Source of the DNA: Minutocellus sp. GHC0000111
Lineage: Eukaryota
NCBI GenBank assembly: GCA_977018835.1
Contig: OZ361257.1
Location: 1,426,001-1,490,000 of the forward strand
Length of the DNA: 64,000 bases
Direction of reading: 5' to 3'
Below, in pieces: positions 13,366 through 25,869 of this stretch. Below the pieces are notes generated by a model, which worked only from the letters and a program-made list of their open reading frames with translations, made no database searches and had not been told where the DNA came from. How positions within the stretch are numbered: position 1 is the first letter of the stretch; every line of letters begins with the position of its first letter. The position numbers and the translations under genes were made by a program.

Positions 13366-15146
13366 ATGCAAAGGTTCAACAAGTCGAAAGGCAGCAGCAG
13401 TCGTCGTGGCTGCCAATCGGGCGCTGATCCGCTCGACGACACCATGCGAGCAGGCGGGCAGTCCTCGCTCAACGCCACCATCGTCCAGCGGTGTTCTCAC
13501 TCCAATGGCAATAATAAGTCACCAGCTTTATTGTCATCTTCCTCGCCGTGTGATGATGTCGACGATGCTGCACGCGCCGCTACTACCACTGCCGTCGATC
13601 ACGCTGCTCTTCAAGAGGCCAACGCAAAGAATCTTCAGATCATCGAAGATGCCGTCACCACCCTCGCCGGGATGAAGCGGTTTGAACGAGCATCGCGTCT
13701 TGCCGGTACCGGGGAGGAGGAGAGCAATACTCGACCAGATGCCGTGGCACGATGCTTCGAAAATCAGTGTCCATGATCGAGCTGAGGGAGCTGGAAGACA
13801 TTCGTGCCTTTGATGAGGCGATGCAGGCTATTGCTCATGCATCTTCTCCGTCTGCTACCCCTGCCGCTACCCCTACCACTACCACTACTACAACAAATAT
13901 CGACAATGGCAATATCGCCAGCGATAACGCCAGCGCTTATGCCACTGTGTCAAACGAAGAAAACAACAACAAAGACAACGACGACGATGAAGACGAAGAC
14001 GAAGACAACGGAGGATTCTTCATTGGTGATACCGAAGACGGAGAGATTTCAGATTTTAACACATCCTACATCATCGAGGAACAGAAGATTCCCCTCAACG
14101 ACGTACTAGTAGCCGATGATGGTGATGACGACCATCACCATCACGTCTTCTCTCCACTGAAACGAATGCATTCTCTGCCCGCCGATCCGAATAGTATTAG
14201 TGGCTGTTCGACCACATCGCATCATACGTCCTTCCTCCCAAGCTGTGCCAGCATAAGTGAGGGCGACGAACAACAAGTGGCCAGACGAAACAGCGTGGAA
14301 CACGACCACACTGCCGACGCCAATGATGCCACGCATACCATTGCCACCGCCGCAAACGACAAGACCAAACAGTCTTCTTTTCCCACCAAATTTAACAAGA
14401 AGTCAGCATCGTTGCTGTCGCTGAATTCCCTTGGAGGACGAAGCAACGACGGCGACGACGAAAAGGCCGACACATCCGTTTCCTCCTCCAGAAGAGGACG
14501 CTTCATCAAGAGCTCTCTAAAAAAATCTGTATCCATGGCCTCCCTCAGGGGAGATCGCAAGAGCAAGAATGGGGAGGACGAATTGGCCTGTAGCCTCGGC
14601 TCCAGCCTTCATTCCTTCACCAGCAATCACGACCCTCTCGCCATGCCTACCAAATCGGCCATGAAGCGCTCTACTTCTCTATGCGCCCTGGAACTTGGCA
14701 ACAACAGTAACCGCACCCTCGGAACCTACGACAGTAGCAGCTCCGAAAATCCCGACCCGCTGCTGAAGCGCAACGTTTCCTTTCACACGATGGAAATTCG
14801 AGAACACGGGGTTGTCCTCGGAGACAATCCGTCCTGCAGCTCGGGTCCGCCCGTGCAGCTGGCATGGAACCCACTCGACTCTACCGAGCTCAGGATCGAT
14901 GACTACGAGGAACACCGACCGCCTAGGAGAGATCGAGCGGAGATGTTGATGTCGTACAACGTCCGGTGGTGGTCCTTGATGCGAGAGAGTGGTTACACTG
15001 TGAGCCAGCTAAAGAGGGCCACTGATTCATGCCAGGAGGCGCGGAAGGCTCGCCAGAGAACAGTCCGGAAGATCCGTCGTCAAGAGAAGATCAACGATAC
15101 CCTTACCGCTCCCATGCGATCCCTCAAGAAGTTTACGGCGTCTTGA
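13366..15146 (+). pseudogene. Diatom-type Ser-rich protein with C-terminal 'VSF..IRE...LGDNPS.SSGPP' domain; apparent frameshift between 13686 and 13776
   Basis: ORF 13366..13776 overlaps ORF 13752..15146 in another frame with no intron. The motif RNVSFHTMEIREHGVVLGDNPSCSSGPPVQLAW is typical of an expanded diatom family. The downstream ORF could also be translated on its own from 13752. Confidence 0.55.
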
Positions 15147-15587
15147 TGAATGTAGATTGGATTGAATTGAATGAATCGAATCATCGAAGAAAAAAATAAG
15201 AAAGGAGAGACCAGACCAACCAAATGAACCAATACACGTAATTCCTTCCTACCGGAAGATCTACATGGCATGTAGGAATTCCTGCAGGTAAAAAATGATA
15301 GAACTTGCATAATTAAAAGCCAATGACTCTTTAAATCTCACTTGTATTGTCTTCAGCCCTCATGCATGCATGCGCCAATCAACACCCGGCCGACCGGAAG
15401 GCAGCAAGATAAGAAACGTGGTGTCGAATGACCCAAGGAATGGGTGCGCGGAACGAGTACCTAGGTAGGCCTACGTGGCGGTGGCGGCGATCGCGAGTTG
15501 CTGCTGTGGCTGACTGAGATGGCATGACTGGCTTGTACGCCCATCATAACGAAGAGACTGCCGCCGCAGGAGGAATAGAAGCCCAGC

Positions 15588-17366
15588 ATGGCGGAAAGCT
15601 GTCGGCACTACGGCCGAAAGAGGCGCGTGGGACTATCCCTCGCTGCGATATGCTGCTGTTCGTCACCAGCCGCGGCTTTCTCGCCAAGTCGGCCAAGGGT
15701 AAATCGTGATGTGCTGCAACCGCACCATCAGCATCAACCCGGACCGAGCAGTTCTTTAGACCGCACCAATACACTCGTCGGGTCCACCACTGCTGTATTC
15801 CAAGGAGAACATGTTGGTCCAAAATTAATGAGTGCAAGGAGAAGTACTGCCCTAAGCATGTCCCCTGTGGCAGCCGCGGCGGTTCCTTCGGCGGCATCAT
15901 GTGCGGCCAAGATAATCGGGCAGGGAGCCGCCACATTCCTCGACAATTGGAAGACGTTCAGCCTCATACCCGTCATCGCAGCGTTCGTGGGATGGTTTAC
16001 CAATTTTCTCGCCGTCAAGATGATATTTTACCCCATCCAATGGCGCGGAATACCGATCAAACGCGTCGAAGGCGAGCCTCTGGGTCTGATCGGGTGGCAG
16101 GGCATCGTTCCGGCGAAGAGCACCAAGATGAGCGATAGCATGATCAATGTAACTCTAACGGAATTGCTGTCCATGGAGGAAGTCATCCTTCGCCTCGACC
16201 CGGAACGAGTTGCCGATATCCTTCTTCCGGAAGTGCCCGATATGATAAGACCGGTGGTGGAAGACGTAGTCCCTCGCAACCTCCGGCCGATCGCTGATAA
16301 TGTTCTGGAGTCCAAGGAGGGCAGCGTGCAGTACGGCATAAAGAAGACAGTGGCAAAGAATTTTCTCGTCGACCTCACGCGAGACGTTCAAAACAATGTC
16401 CGGAAGGTATTGGACGTCCGAGGCTGTGTGAGAGATCAGTTTATGGAGGACAGGTCCCTCCTCGGACGATTATTCCAGCGCACTGGAGGAGCAGAACTCA
16501 AATTCTTGGTTGACAGCGGGTTGTGGTTCGGCGGTCTGCTTGGACTGATCCAAATGATTGTCGCCCTGTACTGGGACAATCCCTGGACTCTCAGTGTGGG
16601 AGGAACACTCGTTGGATTGGCGACCAACTGGATAGCTTTGAAGCTAATAATTGAGCCAGTGATGCCCAAACCAGTGGGTCCGTTCGTTTTGCAAGGCCTG
16701 TTCATCCGACGGCAGGTCGGCGTTGCCAAGGACTTTGCCGAATTCTTCGCCTCGAAAATTTTGACATCGCGACAGCTGTGGGATTCCATCCTGACGGACC
16801 CCAATACCTCGCCAGTATTTGCGGGCTTGTTTGAACGTAATCTGAAAGAGCTGGCAAGAAAGACTTCTCGTGGAGTTGTCAACATTAAGGACTCCGCCAA
16901 ATTGACTGCAGCAGTGTCCAAAGCGACGGCTGCATTTCCACAGTATCTTGGAAACTTGCATGGTTATGTGGACGAGGCGTTGGACATTGAAGAAACGCTC
17001 CGAACAAAGATGATGGCAATGTCGCCAGTTCGATTTGAGAGGGTACTTCACCCCATCTTTGAAGAAGACGAACTAACGTTGATATTGGCAGGTGGATTCT
17101 TAGGCTTTTTGGCAGGTCTGGTCCAGCAGGGCCTGGCCTCGGGAGCATTGACACTTCCAACGTTACCCCTACCGGCGTTCTTTGCTGGCTGCGCCCTGAT
17201 TGCGCCTGTACTGTCGATTCGGGCGAGGAATCTGGTTGCTTTTGACATTTCATATGTGCGAAGATATTTCATGAGAGCAGCCAACAAGGCTCGAGATCTG
17301 GCCAAGAGAGGGAAGCAGAGGGCAACACGCAAACCCAGGAAGGTGTCAAAGTACCATAAGTTATAA
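15588..17366 (+). CDS. DUF445/YheB-like membrane protein, probably plastid-targeted
   Basis: AAAFSP presequence motif. Family-like motifs VGWFTNFLAVKMIFYP, GWQGIVPAK, GLATNWIAL, QGLFIRRQ and FERVLHPIFEEDELTLILAGG. Confidence 0.8.
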   Translation: MAESCRHYGRKRRVGLSLAAICCCSSPAAAFSPSRPRVNRDVLQPHHQHQPGPSSSLDRTNTLVGSTTAVFQGEHVGPKLMSARRSTALSMSPVAAAAVPSAASCAAKIIGQGAATFLDNWKTFSLIPVIAAFVGWFTNFLAVKMIFYPIQWRGIPIKRVEGEPLGLIGWQGIVPAKSTKMSDSMINVTLTELLSMEEVILRLDPERVADILLPEVPDMIRPVVEDVVPRNLRPIADNVLESKEGSVQYGIKKTVAKNFLVDLTRDVQNNVRKVLDVRGCVRDQFMEDRSLLGRLFQRTGGAELKFLVDSGLWFGGLLGLIQMIVALYWDNPWTLSVGGTLVGLATNWIALKLIIEPVMPKPVGPFVLQGLFIRRQVGVAKDFAEFFASKILTSRQLWDSILTDPNTSPVFAGLFERNLKELARKTSRGVVNIKDSAKLTAAVSKATAAFPQYLGNLHGYVDEALDIEETLRTKMMAMSPVRFERVLHPIFEEDELTLILAGGFLGFLAGLVQQGLASGALTLPTLPLPAFFAGCALIAPVLSIRARNLVAFDISYVRRYFMRAANKARDLAKRGKQRATRKPRKVSKYHKL

Positions 17367-17683
17367 CCATTGGAGTTTTACATGTGCACGATGGGGAAAG
17401 GATTAGATCTAGCTAGTACCGGTACCGTCGCTTCCATGGAATGAAAGTCACTGCACTGCTGTCGTTCAGAACTTCAGAACCCGGAGATTGCCTAACGCGG
17501 CGGCGGCGGCAGCTACATGTACCTAGGTACGGTTGCGCCATCGCCAGCACCACCGCCCCTCATTCGACCATCGACCACAAGCAAACCCGATCAGCAAGGC
17601 CAAGCACGAAAGTGAGGCCCACCGCCATAACTCCATCAGCCAATAGTCTCTCTAGCTACTAGAATTAACACATCCGAACAGCC

Positions 17684-18046
17684 ATGTCCATACGACAGAC
17701 GTTTACCATACCGCAGACGCAAGAAGGAGCGGCGTGCAGCAGCACTACCGAGCAGACGTTCGATGCAAGCAACGTGAGCACCGCCACAGTGGGCTTGGCG
17801 CAGGGAGAGAGTGCCACCAAGGCTGAACCTGGATCGTACGCGTACACTGGAATGCATGATCATGGTCCCTTCAAGCCTCCGAAAGAGGGTGGGCCGATAG
17901 CGCTACTGATTGGTTGCGCAAACGAGGCGCAAAAGGCATCGGACAAATTTTTGACGGAGATAATTGAGCGAGAGAAGGCGTCTGGAGGAGGGAAAGCCGG
18001 CGATGGCAGCAAAAAGCGATTATCGGACGGAGAAGAAAAAGTATAG
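17684..18046 (+). CDS. Small 120-aa hypothetical protein (weak resemblance to Gon7/KEOPS subunit)
   Basis: Intact ATG-to-TAG ORF with coding-like composition. C-terminal helix LLIGCANEAQKASDKFLTEIIEREK. Confidence 0.55.
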   Translation: MSIRQTFTIPQTQEGAACSSTTEQTFDASNVSTATVGLAQGESATKAEPGSYAYTGMHDHGPFKPPKEGGPIALLIGCANEAQKASDKFLTEIIEREKASGGGKAGDGSKKRLSDGEEKV

Positions 18047-18264
18047 GTGGAACTTTGCGAAGTAGCTTCAATGTTCTTTCTCTGGGGAGTATTGCATACA
18101 TGAAGCCGAGCTAATGACTGGTACTACGTACCTAGGTAGCACGTGTAAAGCCAAGTATGTAGTTAAGTACTGCAAATTCGCACATAGAATTACCGGCATC
18201 GATTCAATGATGCAAAATATTTCTTCTTCAATCTTATTGTGTAGCCTTTGTAGAGCACAGGCAT

Positions 18265-19980
18265 TTAGTTGCCACCGACACTCATCTTCCCATCCGCGTC
18301 GAAACCAGGCAAAATATCCTCGCTAGCACCAACAGCCCACGGCGCGGTCTCGCCCATTCGCTCGGCCTCAATTTCCATACGCTCCAGATCAAAGATGGAC
18401 GTCGTCTGCTCCGACCATGCGCGATCCTGCTGCTCTCGTGCTGTCATTCCCTTGCCATAAATCTTCGTTGCGACTACCTCGGCCTCGCTGGCGAGTTGCT
18501 TAATTCGAGATGCGAGATCACCCCTATCGTCATCACTGCTCAGGTTGCCAAAGTTCAACAGAACGGCCTTGCACGCATTGATAAAATCAGGAGGGGGTAC
18601 CTCCGGCTGGGGCTTCTCCTCCTCATTCGGCAATTCACCATCCACCGCCTTTCTAGCATTCTCTGCCGTACCGGGAACCTGTTTAGAGAAAGTGAAAAAG
18701 GAGAGACATGATTAGTAAAGATCTTCAAAAAATCACCCACCAAAAACAAAACGATCTCTGCAGCGACACATGGTCAATACATCAACTTACAATGAGCGCC
18801 TCCTTGGGAGTGAATGCCTCCTCAAGAATCTGTTCACGCTTAGTTGAATCGTCCTCACGAAGCAGCTGCCGAAGGAGCTTGATCTCCTTGCTTGAGCTCT
18901 GCTTGTCCTTCTCCGCCATGGCACGTTGTCCCAGCTTCCTCATCAGCTGAGCCGGTCCCTGAGCACCGGCAGCCTCGGCCTGGTTGGCGTTGGCCTCCAA
19001 AAGCAGAAGGAAGGGCTCGTCAATCTTGCCCTCGCGGGCCAACCTGACGATGGCACCCTCCATTCTCATCGGTTCGCCCTCGGCAAGGACCGACTTGAGA
19101 GTCTCGGTCGCGGCGGCGATGCGCTTGGACTGCTCAACGGCAAGGGCATCTAGCAAGACCTGGGAATCGTCATCTCCATTGTTGGAACGCTCGGTCAGGA
19201 CCTTGACGAACTGAGCATCGAACCTGTCATAGTACGTAAAGGCGATGGAGGACGCCGTTGTCCCGGGCGCGTAAGGAGGCAGCACCTCCTTGAGAAGGTC
19301 CTCATACGACAGACGAATCTCTGGGGTAAGCTCGGTATCATAGAACGTCTTCTTCTCCTCGGCCTGGGTCTTGATCTCGGTCTCGATACCGGCACTGTCG
19401 ATGGCCTGGGCCTTGCGCAGGACGTCGGTGTCCGACATGGCCTTGCCGGCCTCGACTTCGGCATCGATCGCAGCGATGCGCTTGGCCTCGGCCTCCTCCT
19501 TATCCTTGGCGGCACGCTCCTCGGCCATGGCATTGATCTCGACCTTTCTCTTCACGTCAACAATCATCCCGTACAGGTCGCGGAGGGCGGCCTTCTCGAA
19601 TCGACCTTCTTATTGAGCCAGTCCATAAACTGAGGGTCGCAGGCCAGATCAAAGTTCTCCACGATGTCGACGCGCGGATCGTTGGGGGAGAAAACGAGCT
19701 CGCCCAGGAATACCTCGTAGGCGTCCGACATGCTGCGCTGCTGCTGCTTTTTTTCCGCATCGTCGTCACCCGAGTTGCCCAGCAGATTGTATGAGTCTCC
19801 CTCAATCTCATCGAGGATTCCAAAGAGACGAGTGCGGCTGGGGCTGGTCGACGACGAAGATGACGAAGGCGTGACATGACGTGCCGTATTTTGGCCACCG
19901 ATGAAGGTAAATGCCAAAGATGAGTCGACTGCCGACGACAGGGTAATGGAAAGCGCCAATGAGAAGCTGGAGAGCTTCAT
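18265..19980 (-). pseudogene. Plastid-targeted helical protein resembling the At4g37920-like chloroplast family; intron 18790-18679; frameshifting deletion near 19599
   Basis: Signal peptide plus SLAF motif. The frame changes at aaggtcgattc/gagaaggcc (KKVD..EKAALRDL). Motifs GKIDEPFLLLLEAN and KEIKLLRQLL...EEAFTP. The intron joins ALI to VPGTAEN in frame. Confidence 0.7.
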
Positions 19981-20293
19981 CGTTCGGTGGTTCTCTGTAA
20001 GGAAGGCGGTTGAAGAAGAAAGTGCAAGGCTTGGTCAAATCGACTGGATGTCTCGTTCGCTCCTGACTTCGTGCGTATTGGGGCACAGTTTTGACCAAAC
20101 CGAAAGAAAATCTCATGAAACATGCGAAGCATCTACACTAAGAGCTTTCTTTTCTCCATCAGAAAGAATCGTACAAGGTTCGCACGACAAATCGACGCGA
20201 ACCAAATCGATCTTGCATCGGTCGAATGCAACGATTGCAACCAGTCTCATTTTTCACTGATTTGCACTCCAATTCAAAAACTCCAACAAACCA

Positions 20294-20920
20294 ATGATGA
20301 CCACCAACCTCTCTTTTGTCCTCGCTCTCCTCGTCGTCGCTTTGTCGACTACTGCCACCAACGCCCAGCGCCTTCGCGGAGTGTTGAAGAGACCACTTCC
20401 CGCCGAGATCACCAACAGCGACGGTAGCATTGGCAAATCTTCTCTTTTTCGCGGTGACAGTTCCCAGACCAATGCCGATCTTACCACGGCATTGATGAAT
20501 AAAATGGCAAAATTTGACGAACTCATTTGGGAAATGGCGGCCAATACTGTAAACAACGACAATGGTGACGAGGATGAAGACTCCACCGTTGAAGACAGCG
20601 CCAACCAACAACGGCTACTTCGATGGAGAAAGAGAGCCAACACCGATGAAGACAGCGAAACTACAGAAGGACCCAACGGGCCCTGGGATTCGTGCGTGGA
20701 TAAGGACGCGATAATTTGCATGGACCACATCAAATTGCTCGACGAAAGCTTGAATGTTGTCATCCTACCATATGGATCGATCGTCACGATGGACTTTCGG
20801 ACCGATCGGGTTCGGATCTATGTCGACGAGGAAAACAAAGTCAAAATCACCCCCAGGATTGGAAAATTAGATCTAGTTAGCAAAATATTTATTTGTAGCC
20901 AGCACATATTTGTTTTGTAA
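20294..20920 (+). CDS. Secreted potato inhibitor I (I13) family serine protease inhibitor
   Basis: Signal peptide, RLR/RLL motifs, and the C-terminal signature VILPYGSIVTMDFRTDRVRIYVDEENKVKITPRIG. Confidence 0.85.
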   Translation: MMTTNLSFVLALLVVALSTTATNAQRLRGVLKRPLPAEITNSDGSIGKSSLFRGDSSQTNADLTTALMNKMAKFDELIWEMAANTVNNDNGDEDEDSTVEDSANQQRLLRWRKRANTDEDSETTEGPNGPWDSCVDKDAIICMDHIKLLDESLNVVILPYGSIVTMDFRTDRVRIYVDEENKVKITPRIGKLDLVSKIFICSQHIFVL

Positions 20921-21030
20921 TCTTTGTAAAGAAGTTATATTGGTTGCGAATGTAGTGTAGCACATTGATATTTGCATGCATGATAAATTTTATCATAATA
21001 ATGGCACCCCCTAGCTAGATCAAACAAAGA

Positions 21031-22460
21031 TCACGACGATAAAGACGATTCTAGTACAGATGGTGCCTCTCTCAGCAGATCGTGTCGACACTACTGGAAC
21101 TCATCTTTGGAGAAGTACAAGACGCAGCAAGTGCAAAAGGGAAAAGACCTGTTCTAGCATCTCGCTCTTCCAATGAGCGAGGGCACACTCGAACAAGAGC
21201 ATCGATGCCCTCATCATATTCTGCTCCAATTTCTGTCGCATAGTGCAGCGGCAGCCTTTTGTCCATATCAGCAATTGAGGCCGATGCGACGGAGCCAAAA
21301 ATTGAGGAAAATAGCAATATATCGACCACCTCTGATGCATCATTCGTGCCATCGTCTTCGTCTCGTCTTTGAGTGATTGCTTTCGCCGCCCAGTGAAGGG
21401 GCGTTCGACCATTGCTTTTGTCGGCTTCGATCAGCTGAGTTTGGTGCAGATTTGCACAGTGCCAAATGATTTCGGGAGGAAGGGCCAAAGCCACGCAAGC
21501 ATGAAGGAGGGGGATACTTTCGTTTCCGCTCGGCATAATGTCCATGACAACAGCCGCTGCCTCCGTCACCAAGAGTTCCAGCTTGTGCCATATATCTCTT
21601 GCCTCTTCTCCCTCCAACTCCCTCAACGCCGTATTGCCATCCATTGGCAATCGCCGATATATAAAGCTCTGTCGCAACCCTCCTCCTCGACCAGCTCCCC
21701 AAACAAGATCCTGACCCACTCTTTCACTCGTAGCCACAATGAGCTCGCAGCATCTGTCCAAAGGGGTTTTCCCTCTTTTATCAGCCACGAGGGCACCACT
21801 AGCACCACTCCGACCCCCCACATAATATTGCCGACCAGTGGAAAGAAGGACCTGCACGGCGCCCGATTCTCCCCAAGAAGCAGCACCATGCAACGGAATC
21901 TCTCCATCACCATCCCTCATCTTTGCCACATCTGGATAGGCTTCCACGAGCAGGCGAGCAGTTGCCTCGGTGTACGCCACATGCAAGGGTAGCGTGCCCA
22001 TGTCAGTTGCTCTCTTGACCATTTCTGGACATGCAGCCAACAGAACCTGGACAATCCGACTCTCTCGCTTGTAATGCGTGGCGTAATACAGGGCCGATCG
22101 ACCTTCTTCGTCGACATCCTTTGTCGACTGAGGGTGCGCTTCTATCAACGCTTGTACTGCCTCAAGTGGGATCGGCGGGTCCTCCTCCATCAGGCACTTC
22201 TGTAGTGGACTTTGGTTGTGATATCCGTACACCGATGCCTCGGCAGGATGCACCCGGAGTCGATCAATAACCTCGTCCCAGGGGACGGGAGACTGGGACA
22301 ATAAGCGCTGCAGTGTTCGTTCGTTGGGATCCGCCGCAATGGGCGGCGGAGCCGGACGCAGATCTCTGTCGTTGTTGTCATTATCATCGTCCTCGTCGGA
22401 AAAATCATATCCTTCTCGCAAGAGGGCCAGCTGACGTAGGATATCTGGGCCCAAGTCCAT
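21031..22460 (-). pseudogene. Ankyrin-repeat protein; small deletion near 21079 removes the last conserved helix
   Basis: Ankyrin motifs GRSALYYA, GTLPLHVA, GEIPLHGA, GRTPLHWA and RLPLHYA. The ORF ends VDTIC*, but the expected family ending LLREAPSVLESSLSS* continues in another frame to 21031. Confidence 0.7.
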
Positions 22461-22655
22461 TGCGCAAGCAGTAGGAATTCCTAGCTACGTAGTAGCATCA
22501 AGCGCTCATCATTCAACTCTCGATCTCAAGAGATGTGAAGTCAGGGTTGAAATCTCAGTCAAAATGCACAAAAGAGGGAGCTGTGAAAAACTGGAACTCT
22601 CAACTCGTCATTCCGTCACATAAAGCAAAAAGCAGGAGCCAACGGCACCGTGACA

Positions 22656-23819
22656 ATGAGCTCCCCAGTTGCGCCTCCACCCGAGCCACGGTCCCTCCCT
22701 TCCCCTCCGACGGACGGAATTACCGCGCTTTGCTACCTACCATCGTCGTCCCTCATCGCCTCGTCGTCGTGGGATGGCTCGATCCGCGTCCACGAAACCG
22801 CCAAAGACAATGCTCAGCTGGTAACGCAACGGCAAATGGAGGGTGGCCCGCTCCTCTCCTTGGCGACTGCTGCTTCCGATGCGGCTCCTCCATCTGTAAC
22901 GCCCTCGCAGGGTGAAACGGGGGATGGCGGTAGCAGTATCAGCACCGGGGCCATCGTTTATGCCGGTGGTATGGACGGGTCCGTCCGCAAGGTCGACATC
23001 GATGCCAGCACATCTGGCGTCATCGGTTATCACGGCACCGGGGCCGGCAATGAAAAGTGTGCCGTGTCGTGCCTCTGCACGGTGCCCCTGGGCCCTGGCG
23101 CTGGGGGTGGTCACCTCGTGGTGTCGGCCGGTTGGGACAGATCGCTCAACATTTGGGACGTGAGGACCGAGCTGAAGGACCCGGCGGTATCTCTGAACCT
23201 TCCCGGAAAGGCATTTTGCATGGACGTAACAACGGCCAATCTCGGCGGTGGCGATGGAAATGTCATCGGTCGGGTCGTCGTTGCCACGGCTGGAAGGAGG
23301 ACGTGCATCTATGACGTATCTGTCGCCGATAACGGGGCCATATCTGCCACTCTACGCTTGGAGCGCGAGTCCTCCCTCAAATACCAGACCCGAGTAATCA
23401 AGTTCTTTCATGATGGCACTGGACTTGCCCTGGGATCGATCGAGGGACGTGTGGCCATTGAGTACCTCGAGGAGCTTGGTCTAGATTCCGGCGGGAAGAA
23501 GAAGTATGCCTTCAAGTGCCACCGAGTCGCAGAGACTGTCTATCCCGTCAATGCGATCGCATTTCACCCAACTCTGGGAACTTTCGCGACGGGTGGGTGT
23601 GACGGCACCGTGGTGACTTGGGACGGTCGTAATAAGAAGAAGTTAACCAGTATCCCCAAATTTCCAACCTCTGTGGCGGCAATGACTTTCAACGCCGATG
23701 GCTCTGAGCTTGCTATTGCATCTTCGTATACATTTGAGGAAGGTGAACGAGAGCACCCTCGAGATGAAATATACATTCGTGAGATGCTCAATTACGAGGT
23801 AAAACCAAAGTCCAAATAA
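22656..23819 (+). CDS. BUB3: Mitotic checkpoint protein BUB3 (WD40)
   Basis: Motifs SSWDGSIR, RESSLKYQTR, GSIEGRVAIEY, KYAFKCHR, YPVNAIAFHP, FATGGCDG and LAIASSYTFEEGE. Confidence 0.93.
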   Translation: MSSPVAPPPEPRSLPSPPTDGITALCYLPSSSLIASSSWDGSIRVHETAKDNAQLVTQRQMEGGPLLSLATAASDAAPPSVTPSQGETGDGGSSISTGAIVYAGGMDGSVRKVDIDASTSGVIGYHGTGAGNEKCAVSCLCTVPLGPGAGGGHLVVSAGWDRSLNIWDVRTELKDPAVSLNLPGKAFCMDVTTANLGGGDGNVIGRVVVATAGRRTCIYDVSVADNGAISATLRLERESSLKYQTRVIKFFHDGTGLALGSIEGRVAIEYLEELGLDSGGKKKYAFKCHRVAETVYPVNAIAFHPTLGTFATGGCDGTVVTWDGRNKKKLTSIPKFPTSVAAMTFNADGSELAIASSYTFEEGEREHPRDEIYIREMLNYEVKPKSK

Positions 23820-23851
23820 CATAGAACATACTTAGTTATGGTAAAGGACTT

Positions 23852-25788
23852 CTATCTTGGGTCGGCGATTGTGGCGATAGCGAGCAATGAGCTCAATACT
23901 ATAAACGCAGTTGTTCCGTATTTTCTCCGAGTGCCATCACTGGTGGCAGCAAAAGCCTTGTTCAATTCCTGCATCTTTTCGGGTCCTAGATATGCGTAGT
24001 ATGGAGTATTAGAGCAGTCTGGAGTTTTGTCGCTTGGATCAAAACACTCACAGCGGTGCTTATCTTGGCACACTCCCTTTCCATTGCAATTTTTGGGGCA
24101 CATATAGTGAGGACATACAACCGACAGCCGCGGGCACTCAAAAGTATCTGACGATCCTAGGCCGGGATAAGAATGTAGTTGAAGTCAAAATCGCAAACAA
24201 ACTTTGAGCCCTTTACAAATACTTCCAGCTTTCCACTCTGCTCGTTACATTTGCTCTTCATGCATGTGGCAAAGGGTGCAGTTGATCCCTCGAAGAGAGA
24301 CTGAAACTTGGCGTTGTAGCAAAGAGAATCCGACCCGAAGGTTTCCCCTTCCACAGTTTCGATGCCAATCGGGTCTTTGCAATTGATTGGATTCTCATGT
24401 ACAATCGGGCAATAATCGGCCTGAATATAATTCACCGGACCAATCATCGGGTTGTCAAAGTACTGGTATTCTTTCTCTGGAGGAGGTGTTTGAAACCCTG
24501 CTGCAAACATTGAGTGATCGGCGAGATCGCACTGAGCAGCGTAGGTATGGCTGGCGTCGCATTCATAGAACGCCTTTAGCTCTCCATTCCTCACAAACAT
24601 GGTATTGTTGCAAAAGAAGCCCTTGCTGTATTGTGGTACGTTCCCTCCATCGACGATGCAATCCTTCTCTACGAAATCACAGCCAGCCATGTGACCAAAA
24701 GACGAAATTCCAGCTCCAGCATAAGATGCTTTGTACCACCCACTGTCCTCCAGCAAAGCAAGAGTGAGTGGACTGAGCACATTCTCAACAGCCTGGGTCC
24801 CTCCCATCAATTCGGTGTGGAACAATTGCTCGTCCCAATGATCCCCGAAGCAATCTTTGGAGTTCATGTTGTGATTCTCTAATGGCGCGCCGTCGAGTTT
24901 TTGACACGCGAAATGATTTCGCACCACCTGAGCCACTGTTGGCGTAACAATGGAAAATGTGTGATCCGTATCATCGCTTGTGTCTATCCTCAGGGTTGAG
25001 CTGTCTGGAACTAGGATTGTCCGAACGGTGCCATCCCAACAAGTAACTTGCTTCGCCGTTCGATCTGGTGTTCTCGGCTCAAGACTTGGAGTGGACGCAT
25101 CTCTAAAAAACGGATAGAGCACCGAGGACATGGCGAGGACATGGCCCATTTCATGATTTGCTGCCTGCGCAATAATGCTTTTGTCAACATTTTGCAACTG
25201 TAGATCATAAACCAATCGATCTAGACAGAACCAAAGTGCCCCTACGATAGGTCGATCCGTCGCCGCGTCCAACAAACATGGCGAGCCGAAAGCACGGGTG
25301 TCCGCGGTGCAACCAGCATCTCCCATCTTGAACCCACCCACAAACACAATGAGATCCGATCCCTTGTGTCCGACAAGGTCGTATTGGCGAGGAATTTTGA
25401 TGTCACGACCGCATGTTCCGTCCAAAAAGTAAAGGGAGGATTCCACTGGCAGAACCGAGAGTGCCGATGTCCAAGTCTCTTCGACGGTGGGAAGGATGTC
25501 CTTCTTGATTGTCGTAACAATGGTTTGATAATATTCATCGACTATCGAGTCGAGATTCGAGGTATCGAAGTATATGCGTAGCTTCTGATACCGAGTGTCT
25601 CTGTTATCAAGTCTTCTCCATGCATGTATTGCTTCGTCATCTTTCTTTTTGTCACCTTTGCCGGTAGCGGCTACGTGCAACCCCTGGCCTGTTATTGTAC
25701 GATGTAAGAAATCATCATGAATCGATGCAGATCCAGCTGCGGCAAGCGTTGCCGCTAGGACCAGCGCACGCACAGTAGCGGCGGCCAT
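23852..25788 (-). pseudogene. Leishmanolysin/GP63-like (M8) zinc metallopeptidase with C-terminal EGF-like domain and membrane anchor; 1-nt frameshift near 24164
   Basis: Signal peptide, HEMGH zinc motif, HWDEQLFHTELMG and ADYCP. After ILIP the frame shifts to GLGSSDTFECPRLSVVCPHYMCPKNCNGKGVC followed by a hydrophobic tail. Confidence 0.82.
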
Positions 25789-25869
25789 GACGTTCGAACG
25801 TGCGGCGGTTTGTACAGGTATGCTGCTTATTGCCCCATCTTCTGCAGGCAGGAAGCAGGAACACATGTA

